Of a stretch of DNA of 64,000 nt, positions 7,503 through 16,551 are shown in pieces. The notes under the pieces were generated by a model that saw nothing but the letters and a program-made list of their open reading frames with translations, ran no database searches and was not told the DNA's origin. Made by a program: the position numbers and the translations under genes. Location: assembly GCA_016183305.1 (NCBI GenBank), contig JACPEW010000020.1:4247-68246 (forward strand), given 5' to 3'. The DNA comes from Candidatus Daviesbacteria bacterium (GTDB lineage: Bacteria > Patescibacteriota > Microgenomatia > Daviesbacterales > UBA10151). Each line of letters starts with the position of its first letter. The first letter of the stretch is position 1.

Positions 7503-7922
7503 CTACACCTGGGGTTTGTGATATAACTTTTTCAAATCTTGGTCAGAAGTCAGGAATTCATCAGGCTGAAAGTTTTGGATTTGAGTTAAAATTATTGAAT
7601 CAGTAAATTTGATATTTGATTGCCTGAAGATATTTAAGGCCTGTTCTAGACTGGGTTTGTCTTCTGTCAGTACTCCTTCCAGAGCGAGTAATTCTTCAAG
7701 AAACTCAATGATTAAATCTTTTGGTTGTTTATAAAAAGACCATAAAACCCACTCTATTTCCGGGAAAACAATATCAGGAATAAAAATTCTGACCTTATTC
7801 AAAACACAATTGTTTATTAAATGTAATGCTTGAGTAAATCCAGGCTCTCTTTTAAGACGGTAGTCCAGTAAAACATTGGTATCAACGGCTGCGATTTTTG
7901 TCATATGGTCGTTTATCCTCAA
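7503..7922 (-). CDS. vapC: PIN-domain toxin (VapC-like)
   Basis: AAVDTNVLLDY N-terminal acidic motif, PIN-size protein, overlaps the upstream AbrB-type antitoxin. Confidence 0.75.
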   Translation of the reverse strand: MRINDHMTKIAAVDTNVLLDYRLKREPGFTQALHLINNCVLNKVRIFIPDIVFPEIEWVLWSFYKQPKDLIIEFLEELLALEGVLTEDKPSLEQALNIFRQSNIKFTDSIILTQIQNFQPDEFLTSDQDLKKLYHKPQV

Positions 7923-8169
7923 TCCATTTTTCTACAGCTATCTTTTCAGCAATTTCCCTGATTTGTTTTAAAGATTTTCCATCATCCAGATGAGCAAGGT
8001 CACCGGCAAACTGTAAAATATCTGATTTTTTCCTGGGTCTGCCAATAAAACCACCATCCAGGGTAGGGTAAATATCTATTTTAGCGCCTCTTTTTAAACC
8101 CAGAGTGTCCCGTACTGGTTTAGGAAGGGTTAATTGATTTTTGGTAGTTAGAGTTGTAGTAAAATTCAT
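7882..8169 (-). CDS. AbrB/MazE/SpoVT-family antitoxin
   Basis: TTKNQLTLPKPVRDTLGLKRGAKIDI looped-hinge-helix signature. Confidence 0.7.
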   Translation of the reverse strand: MNFTTTLTTKNQLTLPKPVRDTLGLKRGAKIDIYPTLDGGFIGRPRKKSDILQFAGDLAHLDDGKSLKQIREIAEKIAVEKWIEDKRPYDKNRSR

Positions 8170-8244
8170 ACACGCTAATTATATAAAAATCTTACTTTAT
8201 TGTCAAATGCCTTACTTTAAATTAAATATCCTTACTTAATAATT

Positions 8245-9498
8245 TTAAGTCCCCTCATTCCAGGAGGAGAGGTATTTTTTCTGTTCCTCTGTGAGGGTAT
8301 CAATTTTAGTTCCCAAAGATTCTAACTTTAATTTAGCAATCATATCATCTAGCTCTCGTGGAATAGTATAAACTCCTGGTTTTAATTTACCCTTATGTTG
8401 AATCAAATATTCTGCTGCTAAGGCTTGGTTAGCAAAAGACATGTCCATCACATCAGGCGGATGGCCTTCTGCTGAGACTAAATTAATTAACCTGCCCTCA
8501 CCTAAAACAAAAACCTTTTTCCCATCCTTTAAAGTAATTTCTTCCAAATTAGACCTTAAAACCCTTCTATTTTTAGCAGCTTTTACCAAGCCTTCATAAT
8601 CAAATTCCACATTAAAATGGCCGGTATTACAAACAACTGCCCCATCTTTTAATGAAGTGAGCATTTTTAAAGGCAATACATCTTTATTGCCAGTAGCTGT
8701 GCAAATAATATCTGCTGATTTAATAGCCTCCTCCATTGGCATTACCTCAAATCCATCCATAACAGCCTCCAAAGCTTTTAGAGGATCTACCTCAGTAACT
8801 ATTACTTGTGCTCCCATCCCTCTGGCTCTGCTAGCCAAACCTCTGCCACACCATCCATAACCTGCCACCACAAACTTTTTCCCAGCCAGTAATACATTAG
8901 TAGCCCTGATTATTCCATCAATAGTAGACTGGCCAGTGCCATACCTGTTATCAAACATATGTTTGGTGTTTGAGTCATTGACAGCAATCACTGGAATTTT
9001 TAAAGCCCCGTCTTTTAACATAGCTTTAAGCCTGATTACTCCAGTGGTAGTTTCCTCAGATGAGCCTAAGACTTCCTTTAACTGTGACTTTCTTTCTGTA
9101 TGCAAAAGAGTAACCAAATCTGCCCCATCATCCATAGTAATTTGGGGTTTAAAGTCTAAAACAGCATTTAAGTGTTTATAATAAGTTTCTTTATCCTCAT
9201 CTCTGATAGCAAAAGTAGGGATATCAAAATCTTCTGATAAGGAGGCTGCTACCTCATCCTGGGTAGAAAGGGGATTGGAGGCACATAATGCTAATTTAGC
9301 TCCAGCGGTTTTCAAAGCAATCATGAGATTTGCTGTTTCACTCGTTACATGAAGGCAAGCTCCAATGGTTATGTCTTTGAGGGGTTTTTCCTTAGCAAAA
9401 TGCTTCTCTAAAAGCTCTAGGACCTTCATTTGTGATCCAGCCCACTCAATTTTTAATTTCCCAGCTTTTGCTAAATTTTTATCTTTAATATCGCTCAT
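8245..9498 (-). CDS. ahcY: adenosylhomocysteinase
   Basis: 417 aa, full-length similarity pattern to SAH hydrolases (EWAGSQM, NPLSTQD, TTTGV, NDS-TKH-FDNRYG, GYGWCGRG NAD site). Confidence 0.9.
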   Translation of the reverse strand: MSDIKDKNLAKAGKLKIEWAGSQMKVLELLEKHFAKEKPLKDITIGACLHVTSETANLMIALKTAGAKLALCASNPLSTQDEVAASLSEDFDIPTFAIRDEDKETYYKHLNAVLDFKPQITMDDGADLVTLLHTERKSQLKEVLGSSEETTTGVIRLKAMLKDGALKIPVIAVNDSNTKHMFDNRYGTGQSTIDGIIRATNVLLAGKKFVVAGYGWCGRGLASRARGMGAQVIVTEVDPLKALEAVMDGFEVMPMEEAIKSADIICTATGNKDVLPLKMLTSLKDGAVVCNTGHFNVEFDYEGLVKAAKNRRVLRSNLEEITLKDGKKVFVLGEGRLINLVSAEGHPPDVMDMSFANQALAAEYLIQHKGKLKPGVYTIPRELDDMIAKLKLESLGTKIDTLTEEQKKYLSSWNEGT

Positions 9499-9588
9499 AA
9501 TAATTCAAAATTTAAAATTCAAAATGCGAAATTACAATTCAAAATTAAAAAGTTTAAATAAAAGTTTTCGAAGAAAACTTCCATACTT

Positions 9589-10524
9589 TTAACTTAACTT
9601 TAGCTCTTCTCCAAAATTCTGTTTATATCTCTCACAAAACTCTATAATTGAGAACTTGTGGTTAGTTGTACCATATTTTTCTACAGCATAACAAGCGGTA
9701 ACAGAACCCATCTGGCCACAAGTTTTGAGATCAAGATTCTTTAAATACCCTGCTAAAAAACCTGCTCTATAAGCATCACCAGCTCCTGTTGGATCTATAG
9801 CTTTGCTAACTTTACCAGCAGTTATTTGGATATTTTGGTCTTTAGTTTGGATTAAAGAGCCTTTTTCTCCTAAAGTGGTAATTAATACTTCTATATTATC
9901 CAAAAGTCCAGCCTCATCTAAAGAAACTTTTTCTTTTAATAAACTGATTTCATAATCATTGCCTATTAAGATAGCAGCTTCTTTGAGCATACCCCTTAAA
10001 TTATCTGGATTTAAAGCAGGCAGCTGCATACCTGGATCTAACATAAAAGGAATTCTTTTTTGCTGAGCTTCTCTGGTTAAATTAACCATAGCTTCTGGAT
10101 TATTTGGAGAAATTACTGCAAAATCAGTTTTTACTTTTGCTAAAGATAATTTATTAGCATACTCCATTGCTCCTGGATAAAAGGCAGTAATTTGGTTATC
10201 AGAAGAATCAGTCATAATAAAAGCAGAAGAAGTTAAATTATTTTCGGCTGTTTGGATTTGAGAAATATCTACTCCAGCATTGGCTAAGAACTTGGCATAC
10301 TCCAAAAAATCTATACCAGCCATTCCTAAGATCCCAACAGGGATGTTAAGTAAAGCCAAATTGTAGGCAATATTGCCGGCAGTCCCGCCTTTTTGTTTGC
10401 TTAAAGTATTTACCAAAAAAGATAAATTAATCTGATGGATTTTACCGGGCATAATATGGTCAGAAAACCTACCCGGGTAATTCATAATATGATCAAAAGC
10501 CAAAGATCCAGTTACGGTAATCAT
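9589..10524 (-). CDS. PfkB-family carbohydrate/nucleoside kinase (possibly adenosine kinase)
   Basis: GGTAGN and DPTGAGDAYRAGF motifs. The position next to ahcY suggests an adenosine kinase role (inference). Confidence 0.7.
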   Translation of the reverse strand: MITVTGSLAFDHIMNYPGRFSDHIMPGKIHQINLSFLVNTLSKQKGGTAGNIAYNLALLNIPVGILGMAGIDFLEYAKFLANAGVDISQIQTAENNLTSSAFIMTDSSDNQITAFYPGAMEYANKLSLAKVKTDFAVISPNNPEAMVNLTREAQQKRIPFMLDPGMQLPALNPDNLRGMLKEAAILIGNDYEISLLKEKVSLDEAGLLDNIEVLITTLGEKGSLIQTKDQNIQITAGKVSKAIDPTGAGDAYRAGFLAGYLKNLDLKTCGQMGSVTACYAVEKYGTTNHKFSIIEFCERYKQNFGEELKLS

Positions 10525-10949
10525 TGGTATATAGTATATTGTTTTTGGTGTGCCGTAAATATATAATTTTTAAAGAAAATAAATTTAATTTGTTATATGT
10601 AATTAGGTAAAATTTACTTCCTAAGGTGGTTAGGTAAATTAAAGTTTGGGCAAACACAAGAAATTAGATAGCACTGAAAGGTGTTTAATTTTTGAGTGGC
10701 ATAACCAAGGATTATCTAATATGAACCAACCCATGCCCAATCAATTTCAGAGAAAAGAAGGTAGAATGCCTGGAATGTCAAACAGCCTTTGAAAAGCAAG
10801 AGAATTTTGGATATGTGATTGATCATTTAAGAGGAGGTTGGAGCCCCAACAGACCCAGAAAAAGGTTACAACACAAAACACCACAGGAAGGAAGTATTAC
10901 TCATACCTTAAGGGGTTGCATTAGTTCCTAGAATACAGGAGAATTGTGT

Positions 10950-11615
10950 TTAGCGCCAGTCGATGGGTGTTATCCCGTGTGCCAAAAGGTATTGATTACA
11001 CTTGCTAAAGTGATGTTTGCCAACAAATAGTGATGCAGAATACGGAGATGGATGCCCGGATGTCAGCACTAAATTCTGATCTCTGCTTATTACCTCCCCT
11101 TTGCTTTGGGCATATTTTCCCCATAATAGATATACTATGTGAGTGCGTTTATTGTTAAGTGTCCGGATAACACTATCAGTAAATTGCTCCCAGCCTATTC
11201 CGGCATGAGAGGCAGGCTTATTTACCAGTACTGTTAGTACACTATTTAACATAAGTACACCTTGCTTTGCCCAGCGTGAAAGATCTCCTGAAGGTAGTGG
11301 TTTAACCTGCAAATCATTTTGTATTTCCGAAAATATATTTTTAAGGGAAGGCGGGAGGGGTATGTTGTTATTTACAGAAAAGGATAATCCATTTGCCTGG
11401 CCTGCTCCATGATATGGATCCTGTCCAACAATAACAACTTTTACAGAGTCCAAAGGGCAAAGATCAAAAGCTTTGAAGATATTTACAGCAGGGGGGTATA
11501 CCTGTTTGGTTTGATATTGACCCCGGATATTAGCGGTTAATTCTGCCCAGTATGATTTGAGGAATTCTGGTTCTAATGCTTTTTTCCATGTCGGATCAAT
11601 TTTAATATTATTCAT
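10950..11615 (-). CDS. ung: uracil-DNA glycosylase, family 1
   Basis: GQDPYH water-activating loop, GVLMLN, HPSP motif. GC visibly higher than neighbours. Confidence 0.85.
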   Translation of the reverse strand: MNNIKIDPTWKKALEPEFLKSYWAELTANIRGQYQTKQVYPPAVNIFKAFDLCPLDSVKVVIVGQDPYHGAGQANGLSFSVNNNIPLPPSLKNIFSEIQNDLQVKPLPSGDLSRWAKQGVLMLNSVLTVLVNKPASHAGIGWEQFTDSVIRTLNNKRTHIVYLLWGKYAQSKGEVISRDQNLVLTSGHPSPYSASLFVGKHHFSKCNQYLLAHGITPIDWR

Positions 11616-11625
11616 CTAGCTTCTA

Positions 11626-13362
11626 TTATTGTGTTCCCACTAAATATACTGCCTGCCAGGGTTTGTAATTAGACCTCCAGGTTTCAGAGGCAATAATCCC
11701 CTCCCCTCTGGTAACAATCCTTTTAAAGCTGACACTGGCTCCCCAGGCTGACCAATCAACTTGTTTAACTGTACCTCTTGGTAAGGTGGGATCATCCTGT
11801 CTTAATTCGGGCGGAGGAGGAGTTTGATTAGTGATTACTGGTTTACTTAAATTAACCTCTCTACCATCAGAGGTCCCATATAGATCAACATATAAAATAG
11901 TACCTGAGGTGTAAGCCTGGATTAAAATATGGGCCGGGGTATCATTTTTAAACTGAAAATCCACACTAGGATAATAAACTGTAGCATCAAGTCCTGGAGG
12001 AAAACCCTGCTCATAATAACCCACTCTATAAACATGGGCTGTTCTTTGTATTATTGGCAGCCCGGCATTCAAAACTGCCCTAAATAGGGTAGTAGAATCC
12101 TGGCAAACCCCACCACCATCATCTAAAACAGTCCTGCCTTCTTTAATCACGTAAGCTTGTCTAAAACCAGTAGCAGCAGAGATATCTCCAACTGTCCGGT
12201 TAAAAGAAAAAATCTGGCTAGGCGCTACTAAAACTCCATTAATTTTAGAAGCAGTGAGGGCAATATTATAGATCCTGTTTGGAATTGAACCAGCAAAATG
12301 GGAAATACCTCTGCCCAAAAGTTCTTTAATTCCCAAGCTGTTAACATCTTCAGTTTGGATTTTAGGCAAAACTTTAGCAACAGGCAGATTAATGGTTTTT
12401 GATCCATCATGAGTCAAAGCGGCGGTGATTTGTTGATAAGTTGCTTCAATATCTAATTTTCTGCCTTCTTGGGAGGGTTTAAAAGCAGTTACTCTTTTAG
12501 TTTCCGGATTAAATTCAAATAATCCTTCCACTACTTCCTGGTCTATTTCTGAAGCAATGCTTTTTAAATAAATAGCAGCTTTATCTTTGTTAAGCAGATT
12601 ATCTTGTCCAGTTTCTAAATCAAGTAAAGTTAGTAGTTGTTTGATATCAATAAACCAATTTTGGTTATCGAACACAAGCCTTATAGGATTACTGGCTAGT
12701 TTATCCAAAGCTGTTTTAGCTTTAATAACATGCTGGGTAGTCACTTTTGCTGGAATTGTCTTTAAAGGTATGGAAGAGGAGTATTTACCGGATAATAAAT
12801 AAGATTCTACTTTTCTTTTCATCTGGTCTTTATCTAAAGTAAAGCCAGGAACACTGTCTGTAATTTGTATTTGGGAAGAGGAAGTAGCTTCAGCAGGGGT
12901 TTCATTAAAGATTAATTTAGCATCTTGGGGTTCCTTATTTACTGCTAGTGCAGTATTATCTAATTGTTTATCTAAATTAATTACTACTTTAGGGTTGATC
13001 TTTGAGTTAGTAAAAAAGACAAATGGTGAGGTATGGGTATTATTAAAACCTTTTTCTAAAGCAGAATAATCAAGGCTAGCTGAAGAGGTAGCTAAATCTA
13101 GGGTAAATGAGCCTTGCGCCCATTCAAACTGCAGTTTTTGTTGGGCTCTTTTTTGAAACCTAGCATCTACAGCTTTTATAGCCTGTCCTTTGGTTAAAAA
13201 AGAGATATTAGTGTCTCCTACCAGGGTAACTGGGTAGTATTTGTTTGCCATAGCTAGCTGATAAGTAATGGTTGTTAAAACCAAAAGCACAAAGAATAAA
13301 ACTATTGACAGAAGATTTTGTTTAAAAATTTTAAAATAAGATACCTTTTTAGCTTTAGCCAC
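11626..13362 (-). CDS. VanW-domain protein with C-terminal G5-like domain
   Basis: N-terminal TM helix. VanW core YVIKEGRTVLDDGGGVCQDSTTLFRAVLNAGLPI..R..H; GTG start. Confidence 0.7.
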   Translation of the reverse strand: MAKAKKVSYFKIFKQNLLSIVLFFVLLVLTTITYQLAMANKYYPVTLVGDTNISFLTKGQAIKAVDARFQKRAQQKLQFEWAQGSFTLDLATSSASLDYSALEKGFNNTHTSPFVFFTNSKINPKVVINLDKQLDNTALAVNKEPQDAKLIFNETPAEATSSSQIQITDSVPGFTLDKDQMKRKVESYLLSGKYSSSIPLKTIPAKVTTQHVIKAKTALDKLASNPIRLVFDNQNWFIDIKQLLTLLDLETGQDNLLNKDKAAIYLKSIASEIDQEVVEGLFEFNPETKRVTAFKPSQEGRKLDIEATYQQITAALTHDGSKTINLPVAKVLPKIQTEDVNSLGIKELLGRGISHFAGSIPNRIYNIALTASKINGVLVAPSQIFSFNRTVGDISAATGFRQAYVIKEGRTVLDDGGGVCQDSTTLFRAVLNAGLPIIQRTAHVYRVGYYEQGFPPGLDATVYYPSVDFQFKNDTPAHILIQAYTSGTILYVDLYGTSDGREVNLSKPVITNQTPPPPELRQDDPTLPRGTVKQVDWSAWGASVSFKRIVTRGEGIIASETWRSNYKPWQAVYLVGTQ

Positions 13363-13426
13363 CTCGTTATTGTAACTTTTTAAGGTATAATTAACAAATC
13401 AGTTTATAATTTCAAAAAACCAATTT

Positions 13427-13455
13427 GTCATCCTGAGTGATTAGCGGAGGATCTC
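13427..13455 (+). repeat. GTCAT-hairpin repeat overlapping the Shine-Dalgarno of the next gene
   Basis: gtcatcctgagtgattagcggaggatctc. The ggagg inside it lies 9 nt before ATG 13460. Confidence 0.75.
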
Positions 13456-13459
13456 TATA

Positions 13460-14770
13460 ATGAAAAAAATCATAATTATTGTCCTATCCTTAAGTATAGT
13501 TTTAGGTTTTGTATTTTGGAAATTTGGTCCAAGCATTTCCCTATTTAATAAACCAAAAGAACAGAATCCAATAACTTTAACTTATTGGGGTTTATGGGAA
13601 GATGATAATTTAATAAGGCCAGCAATTGCCCAGTATCAAAAACAACACCCCAATATTACTATCAGTTATGAACGGAAATCTTCTGTAAATTACCGGACTA
13701 GAGCTCAAACTCAAATTAGGGAAGGTGTGGGTCCAGATATCTTCAGGATGCATAATTCCTGGCTGCCGATGTTTGAGTCAGATTTAGCTCCGGCCCCTGC
13801 TGATGTTTTTAGCTTAAAAGACTATAAAAATATCTTTTACCCGGTGGCTGCAGACAGTTTTGTTAGGGGAAATTACATATATGCTGCACCAATGGAAATA
13901 GATGGTTTGGCTCTTTTTTATAATGAAGAAATGTTAAATGGAGTAGGCGGCAAACCACCAAAAAACTGGCAGGAATTTATAGATTTGGCAAATAAAATGA
14001 CAGTAAAAGATGCTACAGGGATCAAAACTTCTGGAGCAGGACTTGGGACTGCTTCAAATGTTGATCATTGGTCAGATATAGTAGCTTTACTTATTTTGCA
14101 GCAGCCAGATTCTAGTTTGACTAATGTAGCTACTCCAGAGGTGGCTGAAGTAATACGTTTTTATACTGGTTTTGTGACAGACCCAAGAAGAAAAACCTGG
14201 GATATAAATTTACCCCGGTCTACAGATATGTTTGCCCAAGGCAGGTTAGGTTTTTACTTTGCCCCTTCCTGGAGGGCTCATGAGATTAGAATAGTAAGTC
14301 CTAATCTTAAATTTAAAGTAGCTGCAGTGCCACAACTTTCTGGTAAAGCTTTTGGCTGGGCTTCGTTTTGGGGTGAGGCTGTCTCTGCAAGGTCTAAAAA
14401 TATTGCTGAAGCCTGGAAATTTATTAAATTTTTAACTTCCCCTGAGGTACAAAGACTGACTTACCAACAGGCTGCTCAAATTAGGTTATTTGGTGAGCCT
14501 TACTCACATACTAGCCTGCAAGCAGAGTTAAGTCAGGATCCGATTGTTGGAGCATTTGTAACTCAAGGCCCAATTTATAAAACCTGGTATCTTTCTTCAA
14601 ATACTTTTGATAATGGCTTAAATGATGAAATGATTAAATATTTTGAAGATGGGATCAACGCTGCCTTAGCAGGATCTAATCCACTCTCAGCTTTACAGAC
14701 AGTTAACCAAGGTATCCAGCAAGTCTTAGGAAAATACACTCAACAAGCCCCTCCTGCTACAAGTAGATAA
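13460..14770 (+). CDS. ABC transporter substrate-binding protein (sugar-type, family 1), orphan
   Basis: 436 aa, signal/anchor helix, family-1 SBP pattern (WGLWEDD..., FRMHNSW, YNEEML). No permease genes adjacent. Confidence 0.65.
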   Translation: MKKIIIIVLSLSIVLGFVFWKFGPSISLFNKPKEQNPITLTYWGLWEDDNLIRPAIAQYQKQHPNITISYERKSSVNYRTRAQTQIREGVGPDIFRMHNSWLPMFESDLAPAPADVFSLKDYKNIFYPVAADSFVRGNYIYAAPMEIDGLALFYNEEMLNGVGGKPPKNWQEFIDLANKMTVKDATGIKTSGAGLGTASNVDHWSDIVALLILQQPDSSLTNVATPEVAEVIRFYTGFVTDPRRKTWDINLPRSTDMFAQGRLGFYFAPSWRAHEIRIVSPNLKFKVAAVPQLSGKAFGWASFWGEAVSARSKNIAEAWKFIKFLTSPEVQRLTYQQAAQIRLFGEPYSHTSLQAELSQDPIVGAFVTQGPIYKTWYLSSNTFDNGLNDEMIKYFEDGINAALAGSNPLSALQTVNQGIQQVLGKYTQQAPPATSR

Positions 14771-14771
14771 T

Positions 14772-15092
14772 ATGGATATGGTTAAGATTGTGACTTTTGT
14801 TCCTGTAAAAGATGCTGAGAAAGTGAGAACTGTTATGGGAGATGCAGGGGCTGGAGTATTAGGAAATTATACTCATGCCTCTTTTTCTACCAGAGGCATA
14901 GGTAGATTCATTCCCACTCAAGGAGCACATCCAGCCATAGGTAAGATAGGGCAGTTAACAGAAGTAGAAGAAGAAAGGATAGAAGTAATTTGTCCAAAAG
15001 AAAAAGCCAAAGAAGTAATTGCAGCAATTAAGAAAACTCATCCCTATGAAGAAGTTCCTTTGGAAGTTTACCAGTTAGTAGAGGAGGCCTGA
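14772..15092 (+). CDS. YqfO/COG3323-like protein (stand-alone Nif3-insert, PII-like fold)
   Basis: KIVTFVPVKDAEKVRTVMGDAGAG..GNYTHASF...PAIGKIGQLTEVEEERIEV..K.HPYEEV pattern. Confidence 0.55.
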   Translation: MDMVKIVTFVPVKDAEKVRTVMGDAGAGVLGNYTHASFSTRGIGRFIPTQGAHPAIGKIGQLTEVEEERIEVICPKEKAKEVIAAIKKTHPYEEVPLEVYQLVEEA

Positions 15093-15302
15093 TGCAAAGA
15101 GCATCAAAGCCCCAAAAATTATAGCTAGTATTCCGTATATTCTATATGTCCATACAGTAATTGTTGTTATCTTGGTCTGAATCCCACGCATTGAATTAGT
15201 CAAACGTATTGTGAATTCCCTAGTAGGTTTGAAAAGCATACTTATCCCCCATACAATAAAAACAATTCCGAAAAAAGCAAATACAATATTAGTAGGTGTC
15301 AT
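15075..15302 (-). CDS. small membrane protein
   Basis: 75 aa, two hydrophobic helices. Confidence 0.4.
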   Translation of the reverse strand: MTPTNIVFAFFGIVFIVWGISMLFKPTREFTIRLTNSMRGIQTKITTITVWTYRIYGILAIIFGALMLFASGLLY

Positions 15303-15314
15303 TTCTTGATAAAG

Positions 15315-15509
15315 TTAAGACTTACGATTAAAGTAGTTTCTGTTTTGATACACATAAAATGCAGCTAATGCTACGATTACGAGAAAAAATCCTGTATATA
15401 TTTTGTCACTAGTTTGGGTATTATTGTTTAAACCTATTATAAAAAGTAGTACCTCAGTTAAAGTTATCCCTAAAAATAATTTCCAGCTCCAGGATAATCT
15501 TTTAATCAT
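15315..15509 (-). CDS. small membrane protein
   Basis: 64 aa, two hydrophobic helices. Confidence 0.4.
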   Translation of the reverse strand: MIKRLSWSWKLFLGITLTEVLLFIIGLNNNTQTSDKIYTGFFLVIVALAAFYVYQNRNYFNRKS

Positions 15510-15569
15510 CCCAATGATCCATTACTAAATTTGTCTTAGTATAGCGATAAGAAATTTGCAACGGTCGTT

Positions 15570-16532
15570 TTAGAGTAAAGGTGGTAAGTTAATTAGCTGG
15601 ACTTCAGGTTCTAAGATAACTCCAAATTTTTCTTTGACTTTTTTAGCATATTCTTTGGCTAAAGTATAAAAAGCTTTAGCTGTGCCAGTACCAGTGTTTA
15701 AGAATAAATTAGCATGGTATGGGGCTATTTCTATACCATCTACAGACTGGTCTTTTGCTCCAACTATTTCTAATAATGTTCCTGCTGGGATTTTTCCATA
15801 AACTATTTTGCCTGCAGGGATTCTGGCTAAGATTTCAGCAGGTAAATCTGAGGCAATTAGGTTTTTGAAAAAACTGCCAGGACATTTAATGCCTTTTGGA
15901 TATTTAATTAATCTGGCTGCTAAAGTTTGCTCAGCTTCTTTTTTGAGTTCAATAGTATCTCCTGCTGTAAGCTGAAATTCAACTTCTAAGATAAAATGAT
16001 GGGTTTTTTTAAAAATGCTATCCCTGTACCCAAACCTACACTCAGGATTGTTAAATTGCTGAATTGTTAAATTATTGGGATTTAAAGTTGTGACTGTAAT
16101 AAGGTGGTCAGAAATTGCCTGGCCATAAGCTCCTGCATTACCATAGATTGCTCCGCCAACAGTACCGGGAATGCCTGCTAATTTTTGCAAGCCAGCAAGT
16201 TGATGGGAAATAGCATAATCAACCAATGCTTGCAAAGGAGTGCCACTTTTAACCTTTACTTTTACAGGCACCTCGGGGGTGGGCTTTGACTCCCCCGAGG
16301 CGGATATTCCCACTATTTCATTTTTTATAACTAGGGCATTCACCCCTTCATCAGCAATTAGTAAATTGCTGCCACCGCCAATTATTAAATAATCCAAATT
16401 ATTTTCTTTGGCATATTGGATAGCTTGAACTAATTCTTCCTGGGTTTTAACTGCTGCAAATTTTTTAGCAGGCCCACCAATAGATAGTGTAGTGATATTT
16501 TTTAATAAGTAGTTATCAATAAATTTAAGCAT
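15570..16532 (-). CDS. murB: UDP-N-acetylenolpyruvoylglucosamine reductase
   Basis: LSIGGPAKKF, IIGGGSNLL, GLQKLAGIPGTVGGAIYGNAGAYG motifs. ATG 16532 (MLKFIDN) preferred over the track start 16580, which overlaps the divergent gene. Confidence 0.85.
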   Translation of the reverse strand: MLKFIDNYLLKNITTLSIGGPAKKFAAVKTQEELVQAIQYAKENNLDYLIIGGGSNLLIADEGVNALVIKNEIVGISASGESKPTPEVPVKVKVKSGTPLQALVDYAISHQLAGLQKLAGIPGTVGGAIYGNAGAYGQAISDHLITVTTLNPNNLTIQQFNNPECRFGYRDSIFKKTHHFILEVEFQLTAGDTIELKKEAEQTLAARLIKYPKGIKCPGSFFKNLIASDLPAEILARIPAGKIVYGKIPAGTLLEIVGAKDQSVDGIEIAPYHANLFLNTGTGTAKAFYTLAKEYAKKVKEKFGVILEPEVQLINLPPLL

Positions 16533-16551
16533 AGGTGATATTATACCTCTT

